NCBI RefSeq assembly: GCF_963921235.1
Contig: NW_026948142.1
Span: 62,001 to 126,000 of the forward strand
DNA from: Mobula hypostoma
Taxonomy: Eukaryota
Reading direction: 5' to 3'
Length of the DNA stretch: 64,000 bases
The notes under the pieces are model-generated. The model did not search any database and was not told the origin of the DNA. It worked only from the letters and a program-made list of their open reading frames with translations. Below, piece after piece: positions 1 to 11,371 of the stretch (positions are counted from its first letter, which is position 1; every line of letters begins with the position of its first letter). A program made the translations under genes and the position numbers.

Positions 1-727
1 TCGATTTTCATTTCCACCCAGTTCACAAATATTCTGTCATTATCTCTTGGAGAACCATTTATATTTAGAAATAGAATCATTCGAAACAATTGTTTGTTTA
101 ATCTTTTGAACATTCTTTGCTGTTTTTTAAATCTCTCCCGGCCCCCAGGCACACTACTCTTGGCAACATGACAAGTAACTTACCACGTGAGTTACTGGAA
201 TAAACCCCACAAGTTAACTATTGATGGATCACTTTCTCATCGGGTCATTATTTCGCAATGGAACAAAATACACAAAAGATTTATTTTAATTCACTGACAC
301 AAGAATGGGCTTTTGTCATTTTCCGTCCTCCTCCAGTTCTGCAACTGAAGGGTGAATGGGGTTTAGCCAGTTTACCCCTTGTCCACCCATCGCGCTCTCA
401 CATTCTCTGCAACTTAAAACTATCTTTATTTTCTTTTCCCAATGAAATGTTCGAATCTACTTTAGTTATGGCAACCTTGAACTGATTCCTAAGTCCAAAT
501 ATTTAGTCTCTCACTGAAATGTGCCTCTTGCTAGCTATGTGCGAAAGTCTATTGCCTTGGGATGACTTTTCTCTGCAGGGCATTCCACCCTGAGATTACC
601 AGCTCACCCTGTTGGCTAAACAAGTAACTGGTGACCAGCTGTTATTCACTCTAGAGGAAACATATTCCCCAGGGATCTGTAACCCTAAGGGATAGCTCAC
701 TCAAACACAGAACCCTATACCTCTTCC

Positions 728-873
728 ACCATAAGACCATAAGATATAGGAGCAGAAATAGCTTATTTGGCCCATCGCATCCGCTCCGCCATTTCATCAT
801 TACTGATCAAGTTTCCTCAGTCCCAATCTCCTACCTCACCCTGTATCCTTTCATACCCTGACCAATCAAGAAT
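728..873 (-). mobile_element. CR1/HER1-type LINE 3'-end fragment
   Basis: (CCATAAGA)n tail complement followed by the 3'UTR motif also seen at the ends of longer CR1 copies in this window (e.g. 7740-7816). Confidence 0.6.
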
Positions 874-1659
874 CATCCAGACCACCCCAGTTCATTCTTC
901 ACTGTTCAGAATAGGACACTGCAACCCAAGGCTTAATTGATGACACATGCTTCTGTGGTTAGGAAGTCTATTTGAAAGGTCACCCAGTAACAATTTTCAC
1001 AAACAGCCGAGGACATCTTTGAATGAACCTGAAACCATAGCCAGGTTCAAAATTTTTTCCCCCTAAAATTTCTCCGAAATGCCAGAATCCTTATTTTACA
1101 CATCGTTAAGTTCCAAATGTAGAAAATATTAGAATGTTATCATTGTACAGCATTGCTCCGACCTAGGAATATTCAACTTTAAATTTTTATGAAAGTATGA
1201 TAAAAAAAAATGACAGTGTAATTAAAATGAAAAACTAATTTAATGCAATTGACTCTGAAGTACTTTTAAGATCTGCAGTGGTGTGAACTGGACTGCATAA
1301 ATGAGTTTTCAATGACCCAGTGGAGTCTAGGTAGAGCTGCTATGGTTACTTATTAGGGAAATGGAATTTATTTTATATGTCTACCAGCCTTACAGAATAT
1401 AGTCAAATGATGTTAAAATACAATTTGAATTTTGATAAATGTTATTCAATAGTTTGGTCACAATACAAAATAGACTTTACCTATACTGCACAAATGAATT
1501 CTCGTCAGCCTTCTGTGCTTCATGTCCAGATGAAAATCCAAAGTGAAAATGTCTGGCAACCCAGTAGGGATCCCATAGGATTCTTAAACTGCGAGGTGAT
1601 ATTTTGTTGTAATTGAAGATGTAATGACTTCATAATATTCTCAGAGTTTTCTTAGAGCC

Positions 1660-1842
1660 GTGAGTATGGAGTGCTGTTTGTGAGCTCGGTTTCAACGTTT
1701 AAGAAGTTTAGATAGGTAGCTGGATAGCAGGGCTATGGAGGGGTATGATCCCAGTGCAGGTCAATGGGAGTGAGCAGCTTAAGTGGTTTTGCAATGGACT
1801 AGATGGGCCAACGAGCCTGTTCCTGTGCTGTACTCTTCTATG
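1660..1842 (+). mobile_element. CR1 3'-end fragment
   Basis: Resembles the CR1 RT C-terminus (FKKFR*VAG) and the 3'UTR ...gggcc..gcctgttcctgtgctgta-ttctatg. Confidence 0.55.
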
Positions 1843-1849
1843 ATTCGGT

Positions 1850-2570
1850 AGTTAAGGTGGTGAACATGTGGCCAGTCAGGTGGTAAAGTGGTAACAGTGA
1901 GAAGAGGGCATGTCCTAGGCAATGGGGGTCCTTAATAATGGACACCACCACCTTTCTGAGGTACCGCTCCACGAAGAAGTCTTGCATACTACAGAGGCCA
2001 TAATAGAGCTGACTAATTTTACAATTTCCTGTGGCTTCTTCCAATCCTGTGCAGTAGCAAACCACGCCCCCCCCCGCCCATACCAGACAGTGATGCAGCC
2101 TGTCAGATGCTCTCGACGGTTGATTTGTAGAGATTTTTCAGTGTTTTAGGTGACAATCCAAATCTCCTCAAACTCCTAATGAAATATAGCTGCTGTCTTG
2201 CCTTCTTTATAGCTGCATCAATATATCAGAACCAGGTTAGGTACTCAGAGATATTGACGCCCAGGAACTTGAAACTGCTCACTCTCTCCACTTCTGATCC
2301 ATCTATGAGGATTAGTTTGTGTTCCCTTGTCTTACCCTTTCTGAAGTCCACAGTCAGCTCTTTTGTCTTACTGACATTGAGTGCAAGGGTGTTACTGCAA
2401 CACCACTTAACTAGCTGGTATATCTCGCTCCTGTACGCCCTCTCATCGCCATCTGAGATTCTGTCAACAATGAATGTATCATCAGCAAACTCACAGATAG
2501 CATTAGAGCTGTGCCTATCGACACAGTCATGGGTATAGAGAGAGTAGAGCAAGTGGGCTAAGCAACTGAA
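1850..2570 (-). mobile_element. Rex1/Babar LINE RT fragment (decayed)
   Basis: ORF 2226-2552 has LYSLYTHDC...FADDT...LNVSKTKELTVDFRK...FKFLGV. ORF 1838-2065 has SIIKDPHCLGHALFSLLP. Both are Rex1-type RT motifs. Confidence 0.75.
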
Positions 2571-4620
2571 TTAAGCAGTTCTAACAAGAATTGCTACAAA
2601 AAGAAACAGTTCCTTTTGGCTCAAAGTGATCATAGTGTTGTAAGCTGTCGTGATTAGGACTGTGCAGGTTAACTCAAGGTTGAAGTCAAACTGCTGTTCC
2701 GGAATCTGGTAATGTGGGACTTCATGCTTTGCACTCTTTGCACAAAGGTAGTTGTGAGGAGATGTCATGGGCTGGACGGTGGGGACCCTTGATGTTAGAT
2801 GTTGCCTTCTTGATGTCGCACTTCCTCAACACTACTGATGGTGGGGAGAGGCATCCCCGTGAGGTATGGCAGAGTTCACTATTTTCTGTAGCTTCTATGT
2901 TGCATTTTAGAGAGTTGTTGTAGATGCATTCATCCAGGCAAGTGGAGAGTACTGATATTTCTGATCTGCTTGATAGACGAACTGAATAAGTATTTTCCAT
3001 CACTCTTCACTGTGGAAGACACAGCAATATGGTGGAAGATTCAGGTGTCAGGGGCCATGAAGTGTGTGAAGTTACCATAACTAGACAGAAGGTTCTTGGG
3101 AGACTGAAAGGTCTAAAGGAAGATAAATCACCTGGAGCAGATTCTTGATTGGTCAGAGTATGAAAAGATACAGGAGATTGTATCAGAAGGATAGGCAGGT
3201 AGGCAGAGGAGGTGGCGTGGCTTTATTGGTAAGAAATGATATCAAATCATTAGGAAAAGGTGACATAGGATTGGAAGGTGCAGAATCTTTATGGGTTGAG
3301 CTAAGAAATCGCAGGGGTAAAAGGACCCTGATGGCAGTTATTTATAGGCCTCCAAACAGCTGCAGTGATGTGGACTACAAATTACAACAGGAAATAGAAA
3401 AGGCTTGTCAGAAGGGCAGTGTGATGATAATTGTGGGGGATTTTAACATGTGAGTGGATTGGGAAAATCAGGTCGGCACTGGATCTCAAGAGAGAGAATT
3501 TGTAGAATGTCTGCGAGATGGCTTTTTAGAACAGCTTGTTGTTGAGCCCACTAGGGGATCGGCTGTACTGGATTGGATATTGTGTAATGAACCAGAGGTG
3601 ATTAGAGAGATTGAGGTAAAGAAACCCTTAGGAGGCAGTGATCATAACATGATTGAGTTCACTGTGAAATCTGAAAAAGAAAAGCCAAAATCCGATGTGT
3701 CGGTATTTCAGTGGAGTAAGGGAAATTACAGTGGCATGAGAGAGGAACTGGCCAAAGCTGACTGGAAAGGGACACTAGCAGGAAGGACGGCAGAGCAGCA
3801 GTGGCTGGAGTTTATGCGAGAAGTGAGGAAGGTGCAAGGCAGACATATTCCAAAAAAGAAGAAATTTTCGAATGGAAAAAGGATGCAACCATGGCTGACA
3901 AGAGATGTCAAAGCCAAAATTAAAGCAAAGGAAAGGGCATACAAGGAAGCAAAAATTAGTGGGAAGACAGAGGATTGGGAAGTTTTTAAAAGCTTACAAA
4001 AGGAAACTAAAGAAGGTCATTAAGAAGGAAAAGATGAACTATGAAAGGAAGCTAGCAAATAATACCAAAGAGGATACTAAGAGCTTTTTCAAGTATATAA
4101 GGAGTAAAAGATAGGTGAGAGTAGATATGGGACCAATAGAAAATGATGCTGGAGAAATTGTAATCGGAGATAAGGAGATGGCAGAGGAACTGAACGAGTA
4201 TTTTGCATCAGTCTTCACTGAGGAAGACATCAGCAATATACCGGACACTCAAGGGTGTCAGGAAGGAGAAGTGTGCGCAGTCACAATTACGACAGAGAAA
4301 GTACTCAGGAAACTGAATAGTCTAAGGGTAGATAAATCTCCCGGACCAGATGGAATGCACCCTCATGTTCTGAAGGAAGTAGCGGTGGAGATTGCGGAGG
4401 CATTAGCAATGATCTTTCAAAAGTCAATAGATTCTGGCATGGTTCCGGAGGACTGGAAGATTGCCAATCTCACTCCGCTATTTAAGAAGGGGGCAAGGAA
4501 GCAAAAAGGAAATTATAAACCTAAACAACAGGAATGCTGCAGATGCTGGAAATTCAAGCAACACACATCAAAGTTGCTGGTGAACGCAGCAAGCCAGGCA
4601 GCATCTCTAGGAAGAGGTGC

Positions 4621-4656
4621 AGTCGACGTTTCAGGCCGAGACCCTTCGTCAGGACT
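4621..4656 (-). ncRNA. Minimal type-I hammerhead ribozyme motif in the PLE 3' terminal region
   Basis: Minus strand reads AGUC-CUGACGA-AGG(GUCUCGG)CCU-GAAA-CG-UC^GACU. It has the full catalytic core, stem I AGUC/GACU, stem II AGG/CCU and a palindromic ACGU minimal stem III. Predicted cleavage falls between 4625 and 4624. Activity is not shown. Confidence 0.8.
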
Positions 4657-4951
4657 AACTGAAGGAAGAGTGAGTAAGGGATTTGGTAGTTGGAGGGGGA
4701 GGGGGAGATCCAAAATGATAGGAGAAGACAGGAGGGGGAGGGATAGAGCCAAGAGCTGGACAGGTGATAGGCAAAAGGGGATACGAGAGGATCATGGGAC
4801 AGGAGGTCCGGGAAGAAAGACAAGGGGGGGGGTGACCCAGAGGATGGGCAAGAGGTATATTCAGAGGGACAGAGGGAGAAAAAGGAGAGTGAGAGAAAGA
4901 ATGTGTGCATAAAAATAAGTAACAGATGGGGTACGAGGGGGAGGTGGGGCC

Positions 4952-6438
4952 TTAGCGGAAGTTGGAGAAGTCGATGTTCATGCCATCAGGATGGAAGCTA
5001 CCCAGACGGAATATAAGGTGTTGTTCCTCCAACCTGAGTGTGGCTTCATCTTTACAGTAGAGGAGGCCGTTGATAGACATGTCAGAATGGGAATGGGATG
5101 TGGAATTAAAATGTGTGGCCACTGGGAGATGCTGCTTTCTCTGGCGGACAGAGCGTAGATGTTCAGCAAAGCGGTCTCCCAGTCTGCGTCGGGTCTCGCC
5201 AATATATAAAAGGCCACATCGGGAGCACCGGACGCAGTATATCACCCCAGTCGACTCACAGATGAAGTGTTGCCTCACCTGGAAGGACTGTTTGGGGCCC
5301 TGAATGGTGGAAAGGGAGGAAGTGTAAGGGCATGTGTAGCACTTGTTCCGCTTACACGGATAAGTGCCAGGAGGGAGATCAATGGGGAGGGATGGGGGGG
5401 ACGAATGGACAAGGGAGTTGCGTAGGGAGCGATCCCTGCGGAATGCAGAGAGGGGGGGAGGGAAAGATGTGCTTAGTGGTGGGATCCCGTTGGAGGTGGC
5501 GGAAGTTACGAAGAATAATATGTTGGACCCGGAGGCTGGTGGGGTGGTAGGTGAGGACCAGGGGAACCCTATTCCTAGTGGGGTGGCGGGAGGATGGAGT
5601 GAGAGAAGATGTACGTGAAATGGGGGAGATGCGTTTAAGAGTAGAGTTGATAGTGGAGGAAGGGAAGCCCCTTTCTTTAAAAAAGGAAGACATCTCCCTC
5701 GTCCTAGAATGAAAAGCCTCATCCTGAGAGCAGATGCGGCGGAGATGGAGGAATTGTGAGAAGGGGATAGCGTTTTTGCAAGAGACAGGGTGAGAAGAGG
5801 AACAGTCCAGATAGCTGTGAGAGTCAGTAGGCTTATAGTAGACATCAGTGGATAAGCTGTCTCCAGAGACAGAGACAGAAAGATCTAGAAAGGGGAGAGA
5901 GGTGTCGGAAATGGACCAGGTAAACTTGAGGGCAGGGTGAAAGTTGGAGGCAAAGTTAATAAAGTCAACGAGTTCTGCATACGTGCAAGAAGCAGCGCCA
6001 ATGCAGTCGTCGATGTAGCGAAGGAAAAGTGGGGGGCAGATACCAGAATAGGCACGGAACATAGATTGTTCCACAAACCCAACAAAAAGGCAGGCATAGC
6101 TAGGACCCATACAGGTGCCCATAGTTACACCTTTAGTTTGGAGGAAGTGGGAGGAGCCAAAGGAGAAATTATTAAGAGTAAGGACTAATTCCGCTAGACG
6201 GAGCAGAGTGGTGGTAGAGGGGAACTGATTAGGTCTGGAATCCAAAAAGAAGCGGAGAGCTTTGAGACCTTCCTGATGGGGGATGGAAGTATATAGGGAC
6301 TGGACATCCATGGTGAAAATAAAGCGGTGGGGGCCAGGGAACTTAAAATCATCGAGAAGTTTAAGAGCGTGAGAAGTGTCACGAACATAGGTCGGAAGGG
6401 ATTGAACAAGGGGTGATAAAACCGTGTCGAGGTATGCA
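4952..6438 (-). pseudogene. PLE reverse transcriptase / GIY-YIG endonuclease, N-truncated and frameshifted near 5455
   Basis: RT motifs FTMDVQSLYTSIP, GVTMGT, LRYIDD, FLDL and YYKPTD (ORF 5379-6554). GIY-YIG region C..C..C, VIYCVRC..CGLLYIGET, RFAEH, GMN (ORF 4952-5845) lies in a different frame. Confidence 0.88.
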
Positions 6439-7976
6439 GAAATTATAAACCTGTTAGCTTGACATCGGTGGTAGGGAAGTTGTTGGAGTCTATTGTCAAG
6501 GATGAGGTTACGGAGTACCTGGAGGCATATGACAAGAAAGGCAGAACTCAGCATGGTTTCCTTAAAGGAAAATCCTGCCAGACAAACTTATTACAATTTT
6601 TTGAGGAAATTACAAGTAGGCTAGACAAGGGAGATGCAGTGGATGTTGTATATCTAGATTTTCAGAAGGCCTTTGAAAAGGTGCCACACATGAGGCTGCT
6701 TAGAAAGATAACAGCCCATGGAATTACGGGAAAGTTACATATGTGGATAGGGCTTTGGCTGATTGGCAGGCAACAGACAGTGGGAATAAAGGGATCCTAT
6801 TCTGGTTGGCTGCCGGTTACCAGTGGTGTTCCACAGGGGTCCGTGTTGGGGCCGCTTCTTTTTACATTGTACATCAACGATTTGGATTATGGAATAGATG
6901 GCTTTGTGGCTAAGTTTGCTGATGATACAAAGATAGGTGGAGGGGCCGGTAGTGCTGAGGAAACAGAGAGTCTGCAGAGAGATTTGGATAGATTGGGAGA
7001 ATGGGCAAGGAGGTGGCAAATGAAGTACAATGTTGGAAAGTGTATGGTTATGCACTTTGGCAGAAGAAATAAATGGGCAGACTATTATTTAAGTGGGAAG
7101 AGATTTCAAAGTTCTGAGATGCAACGGGACTTGGGAGTCCTCATGCAAGATACCTTTAAGGTTAATCTCCAGGTTGAGCCGGTGGTGAAGAAGGTGAATG
7201 CAACGTTGGCATCCATTTCTAGAGGAATAGAGTATAGGAGCAGGGATGTGATGTTGAGGCTCTATAAGGCACTGGTGAGACCTCACTTGGAGTACTGTGG
7301 GCAGTTTTGGTCTCCTTATTTAAGAAAGGATGTGCTGACATTGGAGAGGGTACAGAGAAGATTCACTTGAATGATTCCGGGAATGAGAGGGTTAACATAT
7401 GAAGAATGTTTGTCCACTCTTGGACTGTGTTCCTTGGAGTTTAGAAGAATGAGGGGGGACCTCATAGAAACATTTCAAATGTTGAAAGGCAAGTTGTTTC
7501 CCATGATGGGGGAGTCTAGTACGAGAGGGCACAACTTAAGGATTGAAGGGCGCCCATTCAGAACAGAGACGTGAAAAATTTTTTAGGTGGTGAATCTGTG
7601 GAATTTGTTGCCACGGGTGGCAGTGGAGTCTAAGTCATTGGGTGTATTTAAGGCAGAGATTGATAGGTATCTGAGTAGCCAGGGCATCAAAGGTTATGGT
7701 GAGAAGGTGGGGGAGTGGGACTAAATGGGAGAATGGATCAGCTCATGATAAAATGGTGGAGCAGACTCGATGGGTCAAATGGCTGACTTCTGCTCTTTTG
7801 TCTTATGGTTTTATGGAGTGTCCAATGATGCAATGTTACAACTTCACAGCTGAATCTAAATTGAGAGTCAAGTTATCTCCTTTGTGCTTTTAATTTGGAT
7901 ATCTAAATGTACATCAGCTGCATGCTTTACCTGGTGCCTGTCTTAGTTTCAAGTAGTTCTTTGAGTACAAGTATTA

Positions 7977-9322
7977 AACATAGGAAAATAGCAACATAGA
8001 AAACCTGCAGCACAATACAGGCCCTTTGACCCACAAAGTTGGGCCAAACATGTCTCTACCTTAGAAATTACTCAGGTTACACATAGCCCTCTATTTTTCT
8101 AAGGTCCATGCACCTATCCAAAAGTCTTTTAAAAGACCCTATTATATCTACCTCCACCACCATTGCCGGCAGCCCATTCCACGTACTCACCACTCTCTGC
8201 ATAAAAATCTTACCCTGACATCTCCTCTGTACTTACTCCCCAGCACCTTAAACCTGTGCCCTCTTGTGGCAGCCATTTCAGCCCTGGGAAAAAGCCTCTG
8301 ACTATCCACACGATCAATGCCTCTCATCATTTTATACACCTCTGTCGGGTCACCTCTCATTCTCCATTGCTCCAAGGTGAAAAGGTCGAGTTCACTCAAC
8401 CTGCTTTCATAAGACATGCTCCCCAATCCAGGCAACATCCTTGTAATGGCGGGAGGAGAAGATGGCGACACGACGCAGCTCACAGCGGCCACTCCGGTGG
8501 TGATGTCTGTTATTTGTCAAGTAGGGTGCCGTGCACAATCCTGATTTGATGCAGACAGATGTGAGAGCACAGAGGAACATCTGGTGAAACTTCTGAAATG
8601 TCTGCTTCACTGCTGCTGCTACTGTGTGATCCAGAATCTCCGGAGGGGAAGGCCCCGAGCCCTCAGCTTTGCTTGTTGCTCGGTGGCTGGGGCGGGGTCA
8701 AAGCGCTCAGCAGAGATGGTGCTCGGTGCTCGGTGTTGAAGGGCTCATCGGAAGCTCGAAGTTTTCAGATGGACTCAGAGTCCGGTGCGGTCAGGTGCTT
8801 CCAATGGTGCTGCATCGGCAAGTTGGTGGCGCTTGGAGGTTCATGGCAGGGAGAGTTTCTCCCTTCTATCGTCTGTGTGAGATGATGAGTCTATTGGGAC
8901 TTTGAGACTTTTTTTACCGTGCCCATGGTCTGCTCTTTGTCAAATTATGGAATTGCTTTGCACTGTTGTAACTATATGTTATAATTATGTGGTTTTGTCA
9001 GGTTTAGTCTTAGTTTGTCCTGTTTTTCTTGTGATATCTTTCTGGAGGAACATTGTATCATTTTTTAATGCATGCATTTCTAAATGACAATAAACGAGGA
9101 CTGAGTGTCCTCATAATCAAAAAAAAAATCCTCTGTACTCTTTCTATGGCTTCCACATCCTTCCTGTAGTGAGGCGACCAGAACTGAACACAATACTCCA
9201 AGTGGGGTCTGACCAGGGTCCTATTACCTCTCATTACCTCTCAGCTCCTAAATTCATTTCCACAATTGATGAAAGCCAATACACCGTATGCCTTCTTAAC
9301 CTGCGCAGCTGCTTTGAGCGTC
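7977..9322 (-). mobile_element. CR1 3' portion (RT C-terminus + tail), interrupted at 8447-9128
   Basis: ORF 8187-8492 TRMLPGL...RMRGD...TRGH, with a (CATAGAAA) tail complement at ~7980. Confidence 0.8.
8447..9128 (+). mobile_element. Non-coding non-autonomous retroelement (family X, copy 1)
   Basis: Interrupts the CR1 at ttgtaa|tcctctg. Starts GGAGAAGATGGCG and ends with AATAAA, a hairpin GAGGAC-TGAGT-GTCCTC and an A-rich tail. Homologous to 37408-38036. Confidence 0.7.
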
Positions 9323-9819
9323 GAAGGTGAAGGTTAAAAGGTTCTGGATTACTAAGGGCATCAAAGGTTACTGGATAGAAGCAGGAGAATGGGATTGAGA
9401 GGGCTAGTAAATCAGCCATGATGGAATGGCAGAGCAGGCTCGATGGGCCACACCGCCTAATTCTGTTCCTTTGTCTTATGGTCTGATCCACCGAGTGAAG
9501 TTTTTTCGTGTTCCCCTTAAACTTCTCAGCTTTCACCCTTAACCTATGACCTATTCCACGCCCTCACTTTGAGAAGTCTGATCACCTGGCTGTACTTCTA
9601 CTCCCTGAGTATAGGCAGAGACTGAAGACTGCAGCACCAGTAGTGAGGACCAAGAAGGTATGGACAAGGGAAGCACAGGAACACCTACAGGTCTACTTTG
9701 AATCGGTGGACTGGACTGTATTCAGGGATTCATCTTCAAACCTGGATGAGTATTGTGCAGTTGTTACCGACTTCATTAAAATCTGTGTGGATGAGAGTGT
9801 GCCTACAAACACTTACTAT

Positions 9820-11371
9820 TGTGACAGGGTCCTGAATTACCCTTATGAGCTGTGCTTTTGAAGAGAGAGAGAGAGAGTTATTTAACACAAACATCTTTTT
9901 GTTGTTAAAGAGAGAGAGAGAGAGAGAGACGAAGACGGCTTTGAGATGGTGTAATGGTTTTTCAGCAGCATGTTTACACTTTTGCAAGGACACTGGCAGC
10001 TTCTGTGTTCTTACAGAGAGAGAAGGGAGGAGCTGCTTGATGGACAGTTGGTGCTCAGCACAGTGAGATAAATAGAAGGTCAGCTGCTGGATAGATAGAT
10101 ATACTTAATTGATCCCGAGGGAAATTGGGTTTTGTTACAGCCGCACCAACCAAGAATAGAGCGTAAATATAGCAATACAAAAACCACAAACAATCAAACA
10201 ACAAAGTGCAAACTATGCCAGATGGAAAATAAGCCAGACCAGTCTATTGGCCCAGGGTGTCTGACCCTCCACGGGAGGAGCTGCAAGTTCGATGGCCACA
10301 GGCAGGAACGACCTCCTATGCCACCTAGTGTTGTATCTCGGTGGAATGTGGCGAAGTCCAACAGTAAAAAGTTCAATATCCGGTCTGCAAACACGTTCCT
10401 CGATCGTAATATGACCCGGATTGCACCATCTGTTATTAACCAGAACAGTAAGCACCCAACTCCTTTACACTTACCGCTCTCAGTGCACTTCCAGTCAGCC
10501 GGAACGGTCTGGAAGCCGTCCATGGAGAAGTTTTGATCGGGTATGTCCTCGTGCAGCCCTGTTCCAGTGAAACACATAACATTGCACTCCCGAAATGTTC
10601 TCTGACGCCTGGCTAGTGCCATGAACTCGTCCATTTTATTACCCACCAAACTCCTCTTCTCCATAAGTCTCTGTTGTCTCGACCCGGTCCTCTTTCCTCG
10701 ACTTTGTGATCCTCCTCTGCATCCTCTGTGTGTTTTCCTCTAGATTTCAGCTGGTGTGTCCGCCGCTCTGCTCGCTAAACCGGCCGGCATTAGCGCAAAC
10801 AGCTGGTCCCTGGACACAGACACATGGTTTTGGACACTGAATGAGCTTTGTTGTGCCCACAGAAAAGGTGGGTTTTGGAGGATCGATCAGGCGGATCAAT
10901 CAGTGGCTCTCACAGTCTGAAAAGGGTGTGACCGGTGGGGACTTATTCGTGTGTCCAAATCTCACCTGGGTTGATAATTCCACCACAGAAGAACGGTCCC
11001 CTTTGTTGTGGTCACAGTCGGTGACTTCTAAAGGATTTCGGAGGACAACGGGAAGAGCGATGGCGTCAGCTCACCTGAACCACCAAACACCTCTCTCTCT
11101 CCATCACTGCTCAACTCAATACCACGAACTGAACTGAACTTTACCCATCAACGTAAGACTGTATTCATTTACCCCTAGACTTGAGGAAGCTTGGTTTTCA
11201 TATATTTCCACACTTATCAATAGCTAATCATTGCTAACCTGTTTGATATATCTGATTTTATATTACTGTATTGTGTAGTTACTAATAAATACCATTAGTT
11301 AATAGCAATACCGGACTCGAAAGTGTTTTCCATCTCTGCAGGTTCTTTAACCCATCACGGGGTATATGACA
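9820..11371 (+). mobile_element. Solo LTR (Gypsy-like), carrying a nested LINE derivative
   Basis: TG...CA termini, near-perfect 4-bp TSD CTAT/CTGT, AATAAA at ~11284. The 3' end resembles the LTR at 30110-30979. The Rex1 frame resumes after it. Confidence 0.75.
10091..10809 (-). mobile_element. Internally deleted Rex/Babar-type LINE derivative
   Basis: APE N-terminus (NKMDE..., CFTGT.L, DGFQTV.ADW, VNNRWC, DIELF..GLR) joined directly to the ORF2 C-terminus (PRYNT..HRRSFLPVAI), then a 3'UTR and a (CTAT)n tail at ~10091. Confidence 0.7.

Larger units (their letters stand above)
4523..6438 (-). mobile_element. Penelope-like element (PLE), copy 1, 5'-truncated
   Basis: Flanked by a 14-bp TSD GAAATTATAAACCT (4509-4522 and 6439-6452). 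Encodes PLE-type RT and GIY-YIG segments. Confidence 0.93.
3178..7816 (+). mobile_element. CR1 LINE ORF2 (APE endonuclease + RT), 5'-truncated, split by a Penelope insertion
   Basis: EN motifs GGGVALLV, YRPP, GDFN and SDHN; RT motifs [30 protein letters not shown] and KFADDTK. Contains stops and frameshifts. (TCTTATGG) tail at ~7800. Confidence 0.92.

Noticed and set aside
1270..1330. Possible small exon (TTTTAAG...CTAG|GTAGAG) in the AT-rich first 1.6 kb
   Set aside because: The splice signals are weak and the peptide is unrecognisable, so it cannot be distinguished from chance.
4115..4912. 265-aa ORF (and 59337-59918) as a novel fusion protein
   Set aside because: It is a CR1 ORF2 fragment reading into the antisense strand of the PLE 3' region across the TSD junction. 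The host CR1s are already broken by stops and frameshifts.
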